Shown here: piece by piece, positions 14,440-24,068 of the stretch
How positions within the stretch are numbered: the stretch's first letter is position 1
Layout: each line of letters begins with the position of its first letter
Source: an uncultured delta proteobacterium
GTDB taxonomy: Bacteria > Desulfobacterota > Desulfomonilia > UBA1062
Direction: 5' to 3'
Length of the DNA: 64,000 nucleotides
Assembly: GCA_963752595.1 (NCBI GenBank)
Contig: CAVVYZ010000001.1
Location: 388,961 to 452,960, forward strand
Made by a program: the position numbers and the translations under genes
The notes under the pieces: generated by a model
Seen by the model: the letters and a program-made list of their open reading frames with translations, nothing else
Databases searched by the model: none
What the model was told of the DNA's origin: nothing

Positions 14440-14558
14440 TTCCCGGTGATCATAGCAAAGGGGAAATACCCGATCCCATCCCGAACTCGGAAGTCAAGCC
14501 CTTTAGCGCCGAAGGTACTGCATGGGTAACTGTGTGGGAGAATAGGACGTTGCCGGGA
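14440..14558 (+). rRNA. rrf: 5S rRNA
   Basis: TCCCGGTG...CCCATCCCGAACTCGGAAGTCAAG...TGCCGGGA. Confidence 0.97.
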
Positions 14559-14572
14559 TCATTTATATATTC

Positions 14573-14610
14573 AAAAAAAGGCTCCTCACGATGTGAGGGG
14601 CTTTTTTTAT
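14573..14610 (+). terminator. rrn terminator
   Basis: AAAAAAAGGCTCCTCAC-GAT-GTGAGGGGCTTTTTTT. Confidence 0.9.
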
Positions 14611-14836
14611 TTCAACCGGAAAGAGTACATACCATAATTCAGTGGCTATTCCCCTCTATTTGCATACACGCAAGAGATCATTATTCTCTATTCATGATTC
14701 TCCCCGAGCAGAATAAAGAAAACAATGCCGCTTTTCATTTCAATACTTCCTCCCGGTTGTTAAGATCAGTAACCAAAGTATCCTGCCAACGATATCGAAC
14801 AGCATTATTGATATCGGATTAGAATGGCCTGCAGGC

Positions 14837-15742
14837 ATGAGATGTGCGGTTTGCAAAAGCTCTCCTTCCTTTAATCTCACAGGATACGCAAGCCCTTATT
14901 GCCCCTTTCATTTCAAAGACCATATCTTCAAACAAGTCTCCTTTGCCATCGATCAATACCGCCTCTTCGGTCATGAAAAGAAGATCCTCCTCTCTTTATC
15001 AGGAAGAACAAACAATCTCATGCTTGCGGAGATCCTTTCAAGAATGTGCTATGATGTCCAAGCTGTTCATATCAACAATGGGTTGGGAGAGTATTCCCGG
15101 AATTCAGAAGATGCGGCGCGTGAATTCGCACCGAAGATCGGAATCCCTTTAAAGGTATATAACATTGAGAATCTTCTTGGATTTCCTTTCCAGGAAACAG
15201 TGAAATATTCGCTTAGAAAAATATGTGTCGTATGCAGTGAGGTACAAAGATATTACCTCAACAGATTGGCCCTACAGCTTGGATGTGATGTGATCGTGAC
15301 CGGCGATACACTGGATGATGAAACATCCCTATTGATCGGCAGCATCCTCAACTGGCAGATGGATCGTAACTCCGCTATCGGCCCAATTTCATCCGAAGAA
15401 AAGGGCATGGTCCGAAAAACAAAACCTCTTGTCAGGTTGACAGATCGTGAAGTGCACATGTATGCAGTACTCAATGATATTCATAGTAATGAAGATAAAT
15501 GTCTCCATGCAAAGGGTTCGGCACGACCTATCTACAAGAAGGTATTGGAAGCCATTGAATGGGAGATGCCCGGGACAAGGGAGTATTTCTATTCAGCGTA
15601 TCTGAAAAAGGCCAAATACCAGATGGCCAGGGCTGAAGTCAGGAAAGGCAGTGCATATCACTGTCCCTGCTGCGGATATAAAACTGTTCAGAAGGATCTG
15701 TGCTTTATGTGCAAGCTGAAAGAGAGAGTGGCTCGTGGGTGA
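14837..15742 (+). CDS. TtuA/Ncs6-family tRNA thiolase homolog with degenerate PP-loop
   Basis: N-terminal CxxC..C..H and C-terminal CxxC..CxxC Zn fingers and central CxxC...C retained, but SGGKDS reads SGRTNN and GHNLDD reads GDTLDD. Confidence 0.85.
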   Translation: MRCAVCKSSPSFNLTGYASPYCPFHFKDHIFKQVSFAIDQYRLFGHEKKILLSLSGRTNNLMLAEILSRMCYDVQAVHINNGLGEYSRNSEDAAREFAPKIGIPLKVYNIENLLGFPFQETVKYSLRKICVVCSEVQRYYLNRLALQLGCDVIVTGDTLDDETSLLIGSILNWQMDRNSAIGPISSEEKGMVRKTKPLVRLTDREVHMYAVLNDIHSNEDKCLHAKGSARPIYKKVLEAIEWEMPGTREYFYSAYLKKAKYQMARAEVRKGSAYHCPCCGYKTVQKDLCFMCKLKERVARG

Positions 15743-16583
15743 TGTGCTCTCGGGTAAGGTAGTAGTAACCGATCTTGCAAGGTTTAAAAAAGTCATTGAT
15801 CTTTCAAATGTCGAAAACATCGGTCTTCCCTCGGGCCATATCCTTAAGGAGGAGTTGGCAAAAGTCCCCCTTGGTGGATCCTTCGAGCTCAAAGGCAAAC
15901 GCTACCATGTCCTTTCCTGCGATATGAATGATTTTGTTCTTGCCGGCCTCAAACGGAATACCCAGATCGTTTATCCCAAAGATGCGGGATACATCCTTAT
16001 GAAAATGGACATCGCACCGGGAAAGAAGATAGGCGAAGCAGGTACCGGCTCAGGCGCTTTGACCGCTGTGTTCTCAAGGGCTGTCGGAAACGAGGGCAGG
16101 GTATATACCTACGAGCATGACATCGGGCTGGTCAACCATGCCGCCAGGAATCTCAAGCTCGAAGCAGGGAGCAGCAATATTACTATCTGCCATAAGTCCG
16201 TGGAGGAAGGAATCAACGAGCAGGGGCTGGATGCATTTTTCCTGGATGTAAGAGACCCCTGGAAGGCGCTGAAGTCGGTATATAATGCCTTGAAGCCGAG
16301 CGGACACCTGGGAATTCTCGTACCGACCACAAACCAGGTGAGCCGGGTTCTCCGCTCCCTGGAGACGCAGGATATCTGGGTCACCGAAGTTACGGAAATA
16401 TTTCTGAGAAACTACAAAAACGTGCCCGGGAGATTGCGTCCCATGGACCGGATGGTCGCCCATACAGGGTATCTTGTCTTCGGAAGGAAGCTGCAGCCAG
16501 GATCATACGTTCAATACAGGGAGCCTTCTCCTTTTCCCTATGAAGATGATAATACGGATGGCGAGGAAACAGATATCACCTGA
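15735..16583 (+). CDS. trmI: tRNA (adenine58-N1)-methyltransferase TrmI/GCD14 family
   Basis: TQIVYPKDAGYI, EAGTGSGALT, FLDVRDPW, RP.DRMVAHTGYL. Confidence 0.92.
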   Translation: MGDVLSGKVVVTDLARFKKVIDLSNVENIGLPSGHILKEELAKVPLGGSFELKGKRYHVLSCDMNDFVLAGLKRNTQIVYPKDAGYILMKMDIAPGKKIGEAGTGSGALTAVFSRAVGNEGRVYTYEHDIGLVNHAARNLKLEAGSSNITICHKSVEEGINEQGLDAFFLDVRDPWKALKSVYNALKPSGHLGILVPTTNQVSRVLRSLETQDIWVTEVTEIFLRNYKNVPGRLRPMDRMVAHTGYLVFGRKLQPGSYVQYREPSPFPYEDDNTDGEETDIT

Positions 16584-16676
16584 ATAGATCTTTCATTATT
16601 GAAAACAACCCGAAAACACCAAAATCTTTTCGAATCCGTTCCTGATTACCCGTCTTTTGAAAATTGGTTTACTAAA

Positions 16677-18094
16677 GAGCCGATTGCAAAACTCTCAGCC
16701 GGTTTAGATTTTGAAGCCCAAAGCCGCTGTTACTTTCTATGTTCAAGGTCATGAGAGCTGTTTACCTGATGTTACCATTCTAAAAATTGCCCAAATGCGG
16801 ATTTTCGGGCGTAGCTGTCCGCCATACTGCACGGGAAGTACCGAGAATATGTCCTAGTTTGCATGTACACCTTTCAACAAAGCATCTGAAAAAGCTGATT
16901 CGCGGTTATGACAATGAGCCCGAACACGAGATGTGCCATGATCTTGGATGCCCCCCCTTACCCGGATATGATTTCCTCCGTGGTTGTCTTTCAGATACGA
17001 GTTTACTCTCTCACTACTGCTCCTTTGCGCAAAACGAGCTTTCCTGGCTGGATCAAGCGGGATCTTCTCTCCTCGCCTCTGGTTGGGATCAATGATCGGA
17101 ACATGCGAGAGTGCCTCACTGAATTCCTTGATCTGCGGCGCATCATAGGCGGAATCCATAAGATCATACAGACTCACCACCCGCTTCGACGTCATCTGCA
17201 TAAGCGGTATCGCTGCCTGAGAATCATGCAATGACGCAGAGGTTAATAATGCACTCACCGGAATATCCCCATCGATACAGTCGATATGCAGCTTGTATCC
17301 CCTCCGGGTCATCTTGTATCCCTTGCTGTCTACCTTGGTCCCTACAGCACAGTGATACGGCAGATCCTTTAGATTCTCCTCCAGGCTCCGGCCAACCTGA
17401 AGATCCAGCCTCTTCGGAGGCTTGGGAACAACTTCTTCTCCCTGCCTGGGGCGACCCCGTTTCCTCTTCGGCACCGACGCAGTTTCACCCGCTTCTTTCT
17501 TTATCGTCTTCTCTCGTCTCTCGTGCCTCTATGGCCGTCGCATCCCGGCTCACATGACCCACAAGCTTGTCCCCACAATGCTCCTTCACCATGGCCTCGT
17601 GGATCTTCTGTGGCAGGCATCCATGGGAGTACTCCCCAAACGCCCGGCAAAAGGTCGACTCAGAGGGAATATCTCCTCTCGTCTCCCATCCGCATAACCG
17701 CCTCGGATTCTTGCACCCCCTCAGATACTCTATGAGCACCTTCGTCGTCTCAAAATTGTATACCGCCTTCGCCACAAACGCCTTGGCGATTGAGACCCTG
17801 TCCTCTCGCTTCCTCCCTATCCCGATCCAGCGATACCCCTGCATGTGCTTCGGCAGGTCCATCAGACAGACAACTCTCACAAATTGCTGCTCCTTATCAC
17901 TCAACGGATCGAGTCTCTCTTCCAACCATGGAAAAATCTCGCCTGTGTGGTATTCCATATCTCGAAGAGATTGCTCATCGCTTCTCCTTTCTTTTTTGCT
18001 CAGCACAAAAAGAATAGAGCTTTCTCTTCACTATTTCATTACTTATATGCTGATTCGCAATATTATCCCTCATTGTGAGTTTTGCAATCGGCTC
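16677..18094 (-). mobile_element. Insertion sequence (IS5/IS1182-like DDE transposase), degenerate
   Basis: Perfect 18-bp terminal inverted repeats GAGCCGATTGCAAAACTC (16677-16694) / GAGTTTTGCAATCGGCTC (18077-18094); no clear target duplication; family assignment tentative. Confidence 0.88.
16880..17980 (-). pseudogene. Frameshifted DDE transposase (ends approximate)
   Basis: RRLCGW..IPSESTF.RAF, SRDATAIEAR, GYKLH, SASLHDSQ, LMDSAYD, ERVNS motifs spread over different frames. Confidence 0.85.
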
Positions 18095-18292
18095 TATAAT
18101 TAAACTGTTACTATCCTGATCCTATCACCCCTCCACTGATAGTCCTCATGAAATGACAACTAATTTAATCAAAGTCCAAACTTTGAAAGCAGGAGAAAAA
18201 ATCAAAAATGGAAGGAAAATATTCTAATTTATATTTTAACCACCTATGCTGAATAATTACATATGTTGGAAAAGATGGAAAGGAGAGGAACA

Positions 18293-18397
18293 ATGACAAA
18301 AATCCGCATATGTACAACAATATGTTTCTGCCTATTTGCTATTGCGGGTGCAGCACTTGCAGCAAATTCCGATTTATGTACATTGCCTCCAGAGTAA
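18293..18397 (+). CDS. 34-aa small ORF, mostly signal peptide (MTKIRICTTICFCLFAIAGAALAANSDLCTLPPE)
   Basis: AGGAGAGGA RBS, basic N-terminus, hydrophobic core, ALA-A cleavage motif; terminator downstream. Confidence 0.45.
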   Translation: MTKIRICTTICFCLFAIAGAALAANSDLCTLPPE

Positions 18398-18430
18398 AGG
18401 TAAAAGGACTTTAAACAATAAAAACAGGTG

Positions 18431-18475
18431 CCGGTAAAGGGGTTTAAATCCCCCTTGCCGGTATTTTCTTTTTTA
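18431..18475 (+). terminator. Rho-independent terminator
   Basis: CCGGTAAAGGGG-loop-CCCCTTGCCGG followed by a T-rich tract. Confidence 0.6.
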
Positions 18476-18751
18476 AAGAAGGGGTATTCCCGTTTTCCTG
18501 GGCGTTTCGGGTGTAATATTGAGATGAAAGTGCAACGAACCTCTATTTTGCAATTGACATGGAGAGCGATGATCATTAAAGAATATTGGAGATCTGAAAT
18601 AAGAATATATCCGACTTGAATCTTGCTTTACGGGTGGTACCTTTTAGTCCCGCTTCAACAAGTAAAAGTTCAGCGACGATAGTTCTCGGTTTCAGAAATA
18701 CAAAAAAGGGCCTCTGCTCGCCAAGCATAAGGCCTTACTACGAGGTGTTTA

Positions 18752-18952
18752 ATGGCAAAAGGAACAGTAAAATGGTTTAATGATTCTAAGGGCTTTGGTT
18801 TTATTACTGCTGAAGACGGGCAGGATGTATTCGTACACCACACGGCAATCAAGCAGGAAGGTTTCAGGTCGCTCGAAGAGGGCCAGAGAGTAACGTTCGA
18901 CATTACTCCCGGACCCAAAGGACCTCAGGCGTCCAACGTATACAAAGCGTAA
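18752..18952 (+). CDS. cspA: Cold-shock protein
   Basis: [14 protein letters not shown]...DVFVH; GAGGTG RBS. Confidence 0.97.
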   Translation: MAKGTVKWFNDSKGFGFITAEDGQDVFVHHTAIKQEGFRSLEEGQRVTFDITPGPKGPQASNVYKA

Positions 18953-19106
18953 GAGCTGCCTATTCGGGCAGGCAAGGTCTGTCTTCCGGGGCACAGCGCT
19001 TGGTTTCGCAAGCTGAGTAGTGTTATACCCGGAGGGAAAAAATGTATTAAAGCAGGGGCATGGCCTGACAGGGCTATGCCCCTGCAAATTTTCTGCAACA
19101 GGAACA

Positions 19107-20746
19107 ATGGAAATGGAAGCCGTTGATATTTATCAGGAAGTCGAAGAATTTAAGGACGCTGACAAGCAACTTGAAAAGGAAGTGGCGAGGCGGCGTACAT
19201 TCGGCATCATCAGCCATCCGGATGCGGGGAAAACCACGCTGACAGAGAAACTTCTGCTCTTCGGGGGTGCGATTCAGCTCGCTGGGACGATCAAGGCCCG
19301 CAAGGCAGCCCGCCACGCGACGAGCGACTGGATGAAGATCGAACAGGAACGCGGTATCTCCGTAACCACCTCGGTAATGAAGTTCACACTATCATGGCTT
19401 CGAGATCAACCTCCTCGACACCCCGGGCCACCAGGACTTTTCCGAAGATACCTACCGGGTGCTTACCGCAGTGGATTCTGCGCTCATGGTAATCGACAGC
19501 GCCAAGGGTGTGGAACCCCAGACCGAGAAGCTCATGGAGGTATGCCGGATGCGCAATACCCCCATCATGACCTTCATCAACAAGCTTGACCGGGAAGGTC
19601 TATCGCCGCTGGACCTGTTGACAGACATCGAGGAAAAACTGCAGATCGAGTGCGTACCGTTAAGCTGGCCCATCGGCATGGGCAAGCAGCTTCCGGGGCG
19701 TCTATAACCTCTACCGCAAGCAGATCCATCTCTTCACCCCGGGAAAGGCAACCAAGGACCAGGACGGCGTCCTGATAACCGATTTGAACGACCGGAAGCT
19801 GGATGAGCTACTGGGCAGCCAGGCGCAGCAGCTGCGCGAAGACGTGGAGCTTATCGAGGGTGTGCTGCCCAAGTTCAACCGGGATGAGTATCTCAAAGGA
19901 AATCAGACGCCGGTTTTCTTCGGCAGCGCCATCAACAACTTCGGTGTACGCGAGATGCTCGATGTCTTTGTGGAGATGGCCCCGCGTCCGGGGATGCGTC
20001 AGGCAGAGACTCGTGGAGTCTCTCCCCTTGAGCAGCCGTTTTCCGGGTTTACCTTCAAGATCCAGGCAAACATGGACCCTGCCCACCGTGACCGTATCGC
20101 CTTTTTCAGGATATGCTCCGGCAAGTTCACGCGCGGCATGAAGGTCATGCATCACCGGATCGGCAAAGAGGTGATCCTGTCCAATGCCACCATCTTCATG
20201 GCCCAGGACCGGACGAACGTCGAAGAAGCCTATCCGGGCGACATAATCGGCATCCACAACCACGGCACCATCCAGATCGGCGATACCTTCACCGAAAAGG
20301 AGCCGCTCAAGTTCCTGGGCATCCCTTACTTTGCGCCCGAGCATTTCCGGCGGGTGATCCTCAAAAACCCCATGAAGTTCAAGCAGCTCCAGAAGGGCCT
20401 CGTTCAGCTGAGTGAAGAGGGCGCGGTGCAGGTCTTCAAGCCCCTTGTCGGCAACAACTACATCCTGGGCGCGGTAGGCGTGCTCCAGTTCGACGTGGTC
20501 ATGGAACGGCTGCGGGACGAGTACGGTGTGGATGCTGCCTATGAGCCTGTGGAGTATATCGGCGCCCGCTGGATCGAGTGCGATGACGCTAAGATCCTCA
20601 GGAAGTTCGAAAAGAGCTACCAGGGATCTCTCGCCAGGGATGCAGGCGGGTATCTTACCTATCTGGCACCGAACCAGTGGCGTCTGAAAAACGCGCACGA
20701 AGAGTGGCCGGAGATCAAATTCCTGAAGACACGGGAACACAATTGA
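19107..20746 (+). CDS. prfC: Peptide chain release factor 3 (two frameshifts near 19390 and 19690, probably sequencing error)
   Basis: [29 protein letters not shown] (shifted frame), [32 protein letters not shown]. Confidence 0.93.
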
Positions 20747-20776
20747 CATATACCTTCGTGAATACGGAGGAAATCC

Positions 20777-21784
20777 ATGGACAGGGCTGCTGACTTCGAA
20801 CACCTCACCCCCGAGGTGCTGCTCGATGTGGTGGAAAACGCGGCAGGCATCCGCTTTACCGGTCTCACCATCCCGTTACCGAGCTATATCAACCGGGTTT
20901 ACGAGCTTCAGACGAGATCCGGCGAACGTCTCATCGCCAAATTCTACCGCCCGAACCGCTGGAGCAGGACTGCACTCGAGGATGAGCACCAGTTCCTCGC
21001 GGATTGCACCGAGTCCGAGATCCCTGTCGTGAGCCCGTGTAAGCTGGCTGACGGCAGTACCCTGGGACAGACTGACGACTGTTTTTTTGCGCTCTTCCCC
21101 AAGAAGGCAGGCCGCGAATTCGAGCTGAATACCGACGAGGACCTCCGTAGGGTGGGCACGCTCATCGCCCGCATCCATCTCGCAGGCCAGGCGCGCACAC
21201 CGAAGGACAGGATTACCCTGCACCCGATGAAATCCACGCAGAATGATCTGGAGTTCGTGATCAAGGGAGGTTTCATCGTTCCTGAGTTCAGGCAGGTTTT
21301 TGAGGATATCACGCTGCGCATTGTGGAGGGCATCACCCCGCTCTTCGAAGGGGCGGAATACATCCGGATTCATGGGGACTGTCACCGGGGCAACATTCTC
21401 GACCGGCCCGGCGAGGGCCTCATGGCCATTGATTTTGACGATATGATGATCGGCCCTCCTGTGCATGATCTCTGGATGCTCCTGCCCGACCATGCCGGCC
21501 GTTCCCGTCGTGAAATCGAACTCCTGCTCGACGGCTACGAGCAGTTCCGGGAATTCGAATACTCATCGATCCGGCTTATCGAGCCTTTACGGTTCATGCG
21601 GATAGTCTATTTCCTTGCCTGGACCGCTCGGCAATACCACGATTATGCCTTCCAGGCCAATCACCCCGACTGGGGCAGCGAGATCTTCTGGCAGCGTGAA
21701 ATCTCGGACCTGAGCCACCAGTTTCAGGTGATCATGGAGCACAAGGTAGCCTGGGAGGAAGGACGATTCTTCGGGGGAGAGTAG
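20777..21784 (+). CDS. srkA: Stress-response Ser/Thr kinase SrkA/RdoA
   Basis: SYINRVY, KFYRP.RWS...LEDEH, RIHGDCH.GNIL, DFDD. Confidence 0.9.
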   Translation: MDRAADFEHLTPEVLLDVVENAAGIRFTGLTIPLPSYINRVYELQTRSGERLIAKFYRPNRWSRTALEDEHQFLADCTESEIPVVSPCKLADGSTLGQTDDCFFALFPKKAGREFELNTDEDLRRVGTLIARIHLAGQARTPKDRITLHPMKSTQNDLEFVIKGGFIVPEFRQVFEDITLRIVEGITPLFEGAEYIRIHGDCHRGNILDRPGEGLMAIDFDDMMIGPPVHDLWMLLPDHAGRSRREIELLLDGYEQFREFEYSSIRLIEPLRFMRIVYFLAWTARQYHDYAFQANHPDWGSEIFWQREISDLSHQFQVIMEHKVAWEEGRFFGGE

Positions 21785-21960
21785 GTGCTTAAAGAGCATC
21801 GGCTTAAAAAACTCCGGGGGCGGATAAGGGTTCTCTTGGAACGAAAGGTTCATGTCGGAATCTTCAGCAGTATCCTGTAGAATGGCTCCCAGTGAGATAT
21901 CAAGGTTTTGACGTTTAAATACTATAAATTACCGGCTGAAAGAAATTAAGTTCCATTTAC

Positions 21961-21987
21961 ATGAATCCTTTTCATCCGGGGAGCATC
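21961..21987 (+). promoter_or_regulatory. Bipartite motif ATRAATC-N16-CATC upstream of sRNA copy 1
   Basis: ATGAATC cttttcatccggggag CATC agaa. Confidence 0.6.
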
Positions 21988-21994
21988 AGAATCA

Positions 21995-22066
21995 TAGTAA
22001 CAAAGGTTATTAACCTCCTCTTTAGGATGGCGAGTCCTATGCCCTAGCCGCCATCCTATTTTTTTT
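21995..22066 (+). ncRNA. Putative small RNA, sibling 1 (anti-SD tract + terminator hairpin; 5' end inferred)
   Basis: ACCTCCTCTTTA, then stem TAGGATGGCG/CGCCATCCTA with loop AGTCCTATGCCCTAGC and a T-tract; paralog at 26530-26596. Confidence 0.6.
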
Positions 22067-22159
22067 GCCTGCAAAAAAAGATAAAATTACACGCCTGTCT
22101 TTCCGCCTCCCGATGATTCAGTTTTTATCTGCTGCTTTTAGCATCCCTTTCCACTCACG

Positions 22160-23044
22160 TTATTGCTCTGCATTTATCGGCATAATATTCCGGACGGCAG
22201 ACACCTTTCTCTGGCCCGCAGCAGGTTCGAACCTGTCCAGAAGGACCAGAAATGTGCCCATGGTATGGTTTGCCTCTATTCTCAACACGTCCTTGAGTTC
22301 GTCTGCCGAGAGATAGATCTTGATGTCGGCAGGTTTCTTCTTCGCCGCCGAGTTATGTTTATCGGCATCCAGATCTTTCGCCGTGGGAACGATCACCCAT
22401 GCATCCCGTTTTCCGCCGGGCCTTTCGATGACCGTCTTGTCCGTGCACTTCAAATGAAGCTCATACCGGCTTTTCCCGGTGTACACCTCGAATACCTGCT
22501 CGGTTCCTACCTTCCAGTCGAGCCCGCGGGCCAGGTAGGTAGCTGAAAAGGGATCAACGGTATACCTGTCCGTATGGATTTTCCGCACCTCCCCGTCAAC
22601 GATTTCGCCTCTTTTGAATTTCTTCTCCGAAGTCTGTATGGTGCCGTTATTCTGGAATTTTATAACGAATTCTTTCCCGGTGGATTTCACCTGCTGTTTT
22701 ATTTTTGTCTCCACCGGAGCAAGGGGGTCAAGATCTGTGAGGTTTTCCCCCCGGTAGCGGATCTTGTATATATAATCAATTTTATCATTGGTTTTGGCGT
22801 TTACCTGCATCCTGTACAAATCGCCCTCACGCTCTATCTCGATGCACGCCGTCCCGATGTTTACGCTATTGAATTCAAAGCAATAAAAGTACGTTCCCAA
22901 ACGGGGAAGGTAATAGGAATCGTTGAGCAGGGGAAGTATTCCTTTTGCCTCCGGGGCCGCTGCATGAAGGGGCTGTGAGAAACCCATAACCAGAGAGATG
23001 ATTGAAACCAGGATTGCAGGATACTTTTTTTGTCTTTTCATCAT
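22160..23044 (-). CDS. DUF3108-like exported protein
   Basis: GGGAGG RBS, signal peptide, VDPFSATY, VYTGKSRY, IYLSAD pattern. Confidence 0.65.
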   Translation of the reverse strand: MMKRQKKYPAILVSIISLVMGFSQPLHAAAPEAKGILPLLNDSYYLPRLGTYFYCFEFNSVNIGTACIEIEREGDLYRMQVNAKTNDKIDYIYKIRYRGENLTDLDPLAPVETKIKQQVKSTGKEFVIKFQNNGTIQTSEKKFKRGEIVDGEVRKIHTDRYTVDPFSATYLARGLDWKVGTEQVFEVYTGKSRYELHLKCTDKTVIERPGGKRDAWVIVPTAKDLDADKHNSAAKKKPADIKIYLSADELKDVLRIEANHTMGTFLVLLDRFEPAAGQRKVSAVRNIMPINAEQ

Positions 23045-24068
23045 ACTTCCTCCCATTGGCAAGGTGCTCCGACCGTTACTTCTTGCTGAGACGATAAGCA
23101 CCGGGAAATTGTCTACCGTCCGTAGCGGAATCACCGGTTCTCAAGATACTATGGCAGGGATCACAAGGAAACCGCATCGATTGCCCGATTCATGTCTCCG
23201 GCATCAGGAAGGATGATCCTGGAGCGAGGGGAGTCGAATGCGTATTCCCGGCATGCGTTATTTCCATAAACCCTCCATTCATTCCCTACGGACCGGACCA
23301 TCGTAACAAGAACTATGGGATAATGAGCAAAGAGCATACCATCCCCGGAGGCCGACTTGCTTGTTGAGGTACAGAACCGCATGGAATGACATCCGGCAGT
23401 AGTCATACAGATCATGCATGAAAGGCTGAGGCTCTTTGGAGCTGTTGCAGAAAACACACAGCAAGACCTGCAGGTGAAATCTTTTTTGGGCGATGATTCT
23501 CATCTCGGGTAGCTCTTGCCACAGACCAAGGGGCGCTTGTCAGATTCGATGACCCCTCTTATCATTATTCTTATAAAAAACGTAAAGGAGGAGAAGCGTC
23601 CGCACTCCCGGTTCACCATTACAGGTGGAGCGAGTGAGGGTTTTTAAGGAGCAGCCGATCCGCTGCCTACGTTCAGGCCAGGGCAATGCAGGCCTCGATG
23701 GAAAGGTGCACATCTTTGAATCGAGACAGCTGAATACTTGGGAACGTAACAAGCTACACATTCTTTGATTATCATATGCTGGTAACCCAAAAGAAACAGG
23801 TCTGAATGGTATAATCTGAACTATCAGCACAGCAGGATCATATCTCCTTGCCGCGAGAGGAAGGCTATCGATGCTTGGATCTCATGAGCGGGACTGTAAA
23901 TTATGGGCTGATTGGATACATCACAGGTGCGAAAATCTCTAAGAGAATATTTTTGCCTGTTTCTGCATGGGATATGAATTCCACGTGCAGAAAGAATCAC
24001 GTACCTGATACGGATAGAATACGGCCCGGTAGGCATTTCCGGACAAAACTGAAGAAAGGAGAAAGCGT

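Noticed and set aside
19380-19720. Frameshifts in prfC as programmed recoding
   Set aside because: Programmed frameshifting is established for prfB, not prfC. There are two separate shifts with no slippery-site/SD signal, and similar indels hit many unrelated genes, so sequencing error is more likely.
21990-22025. Minus-strand AGGAGG of the sibling elements as the RBS of a type I toxin
   Set aside because: The downstream minus-strand ORFs are only 3-4 codons (MLL versus MFYF) and are not conserved between copies; the U-tract and promoter-like motif orient the element on the plus strand.
23160-24060. Long intergenic region as structured ncRNA (CTACGTT reminiscent of HEARO/omega RNA) or gene remnant
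   Set aside because: Only a 7-mer matches, there is no IscB/TnpB nearby, and I could not find a convincing fold or protein motif.
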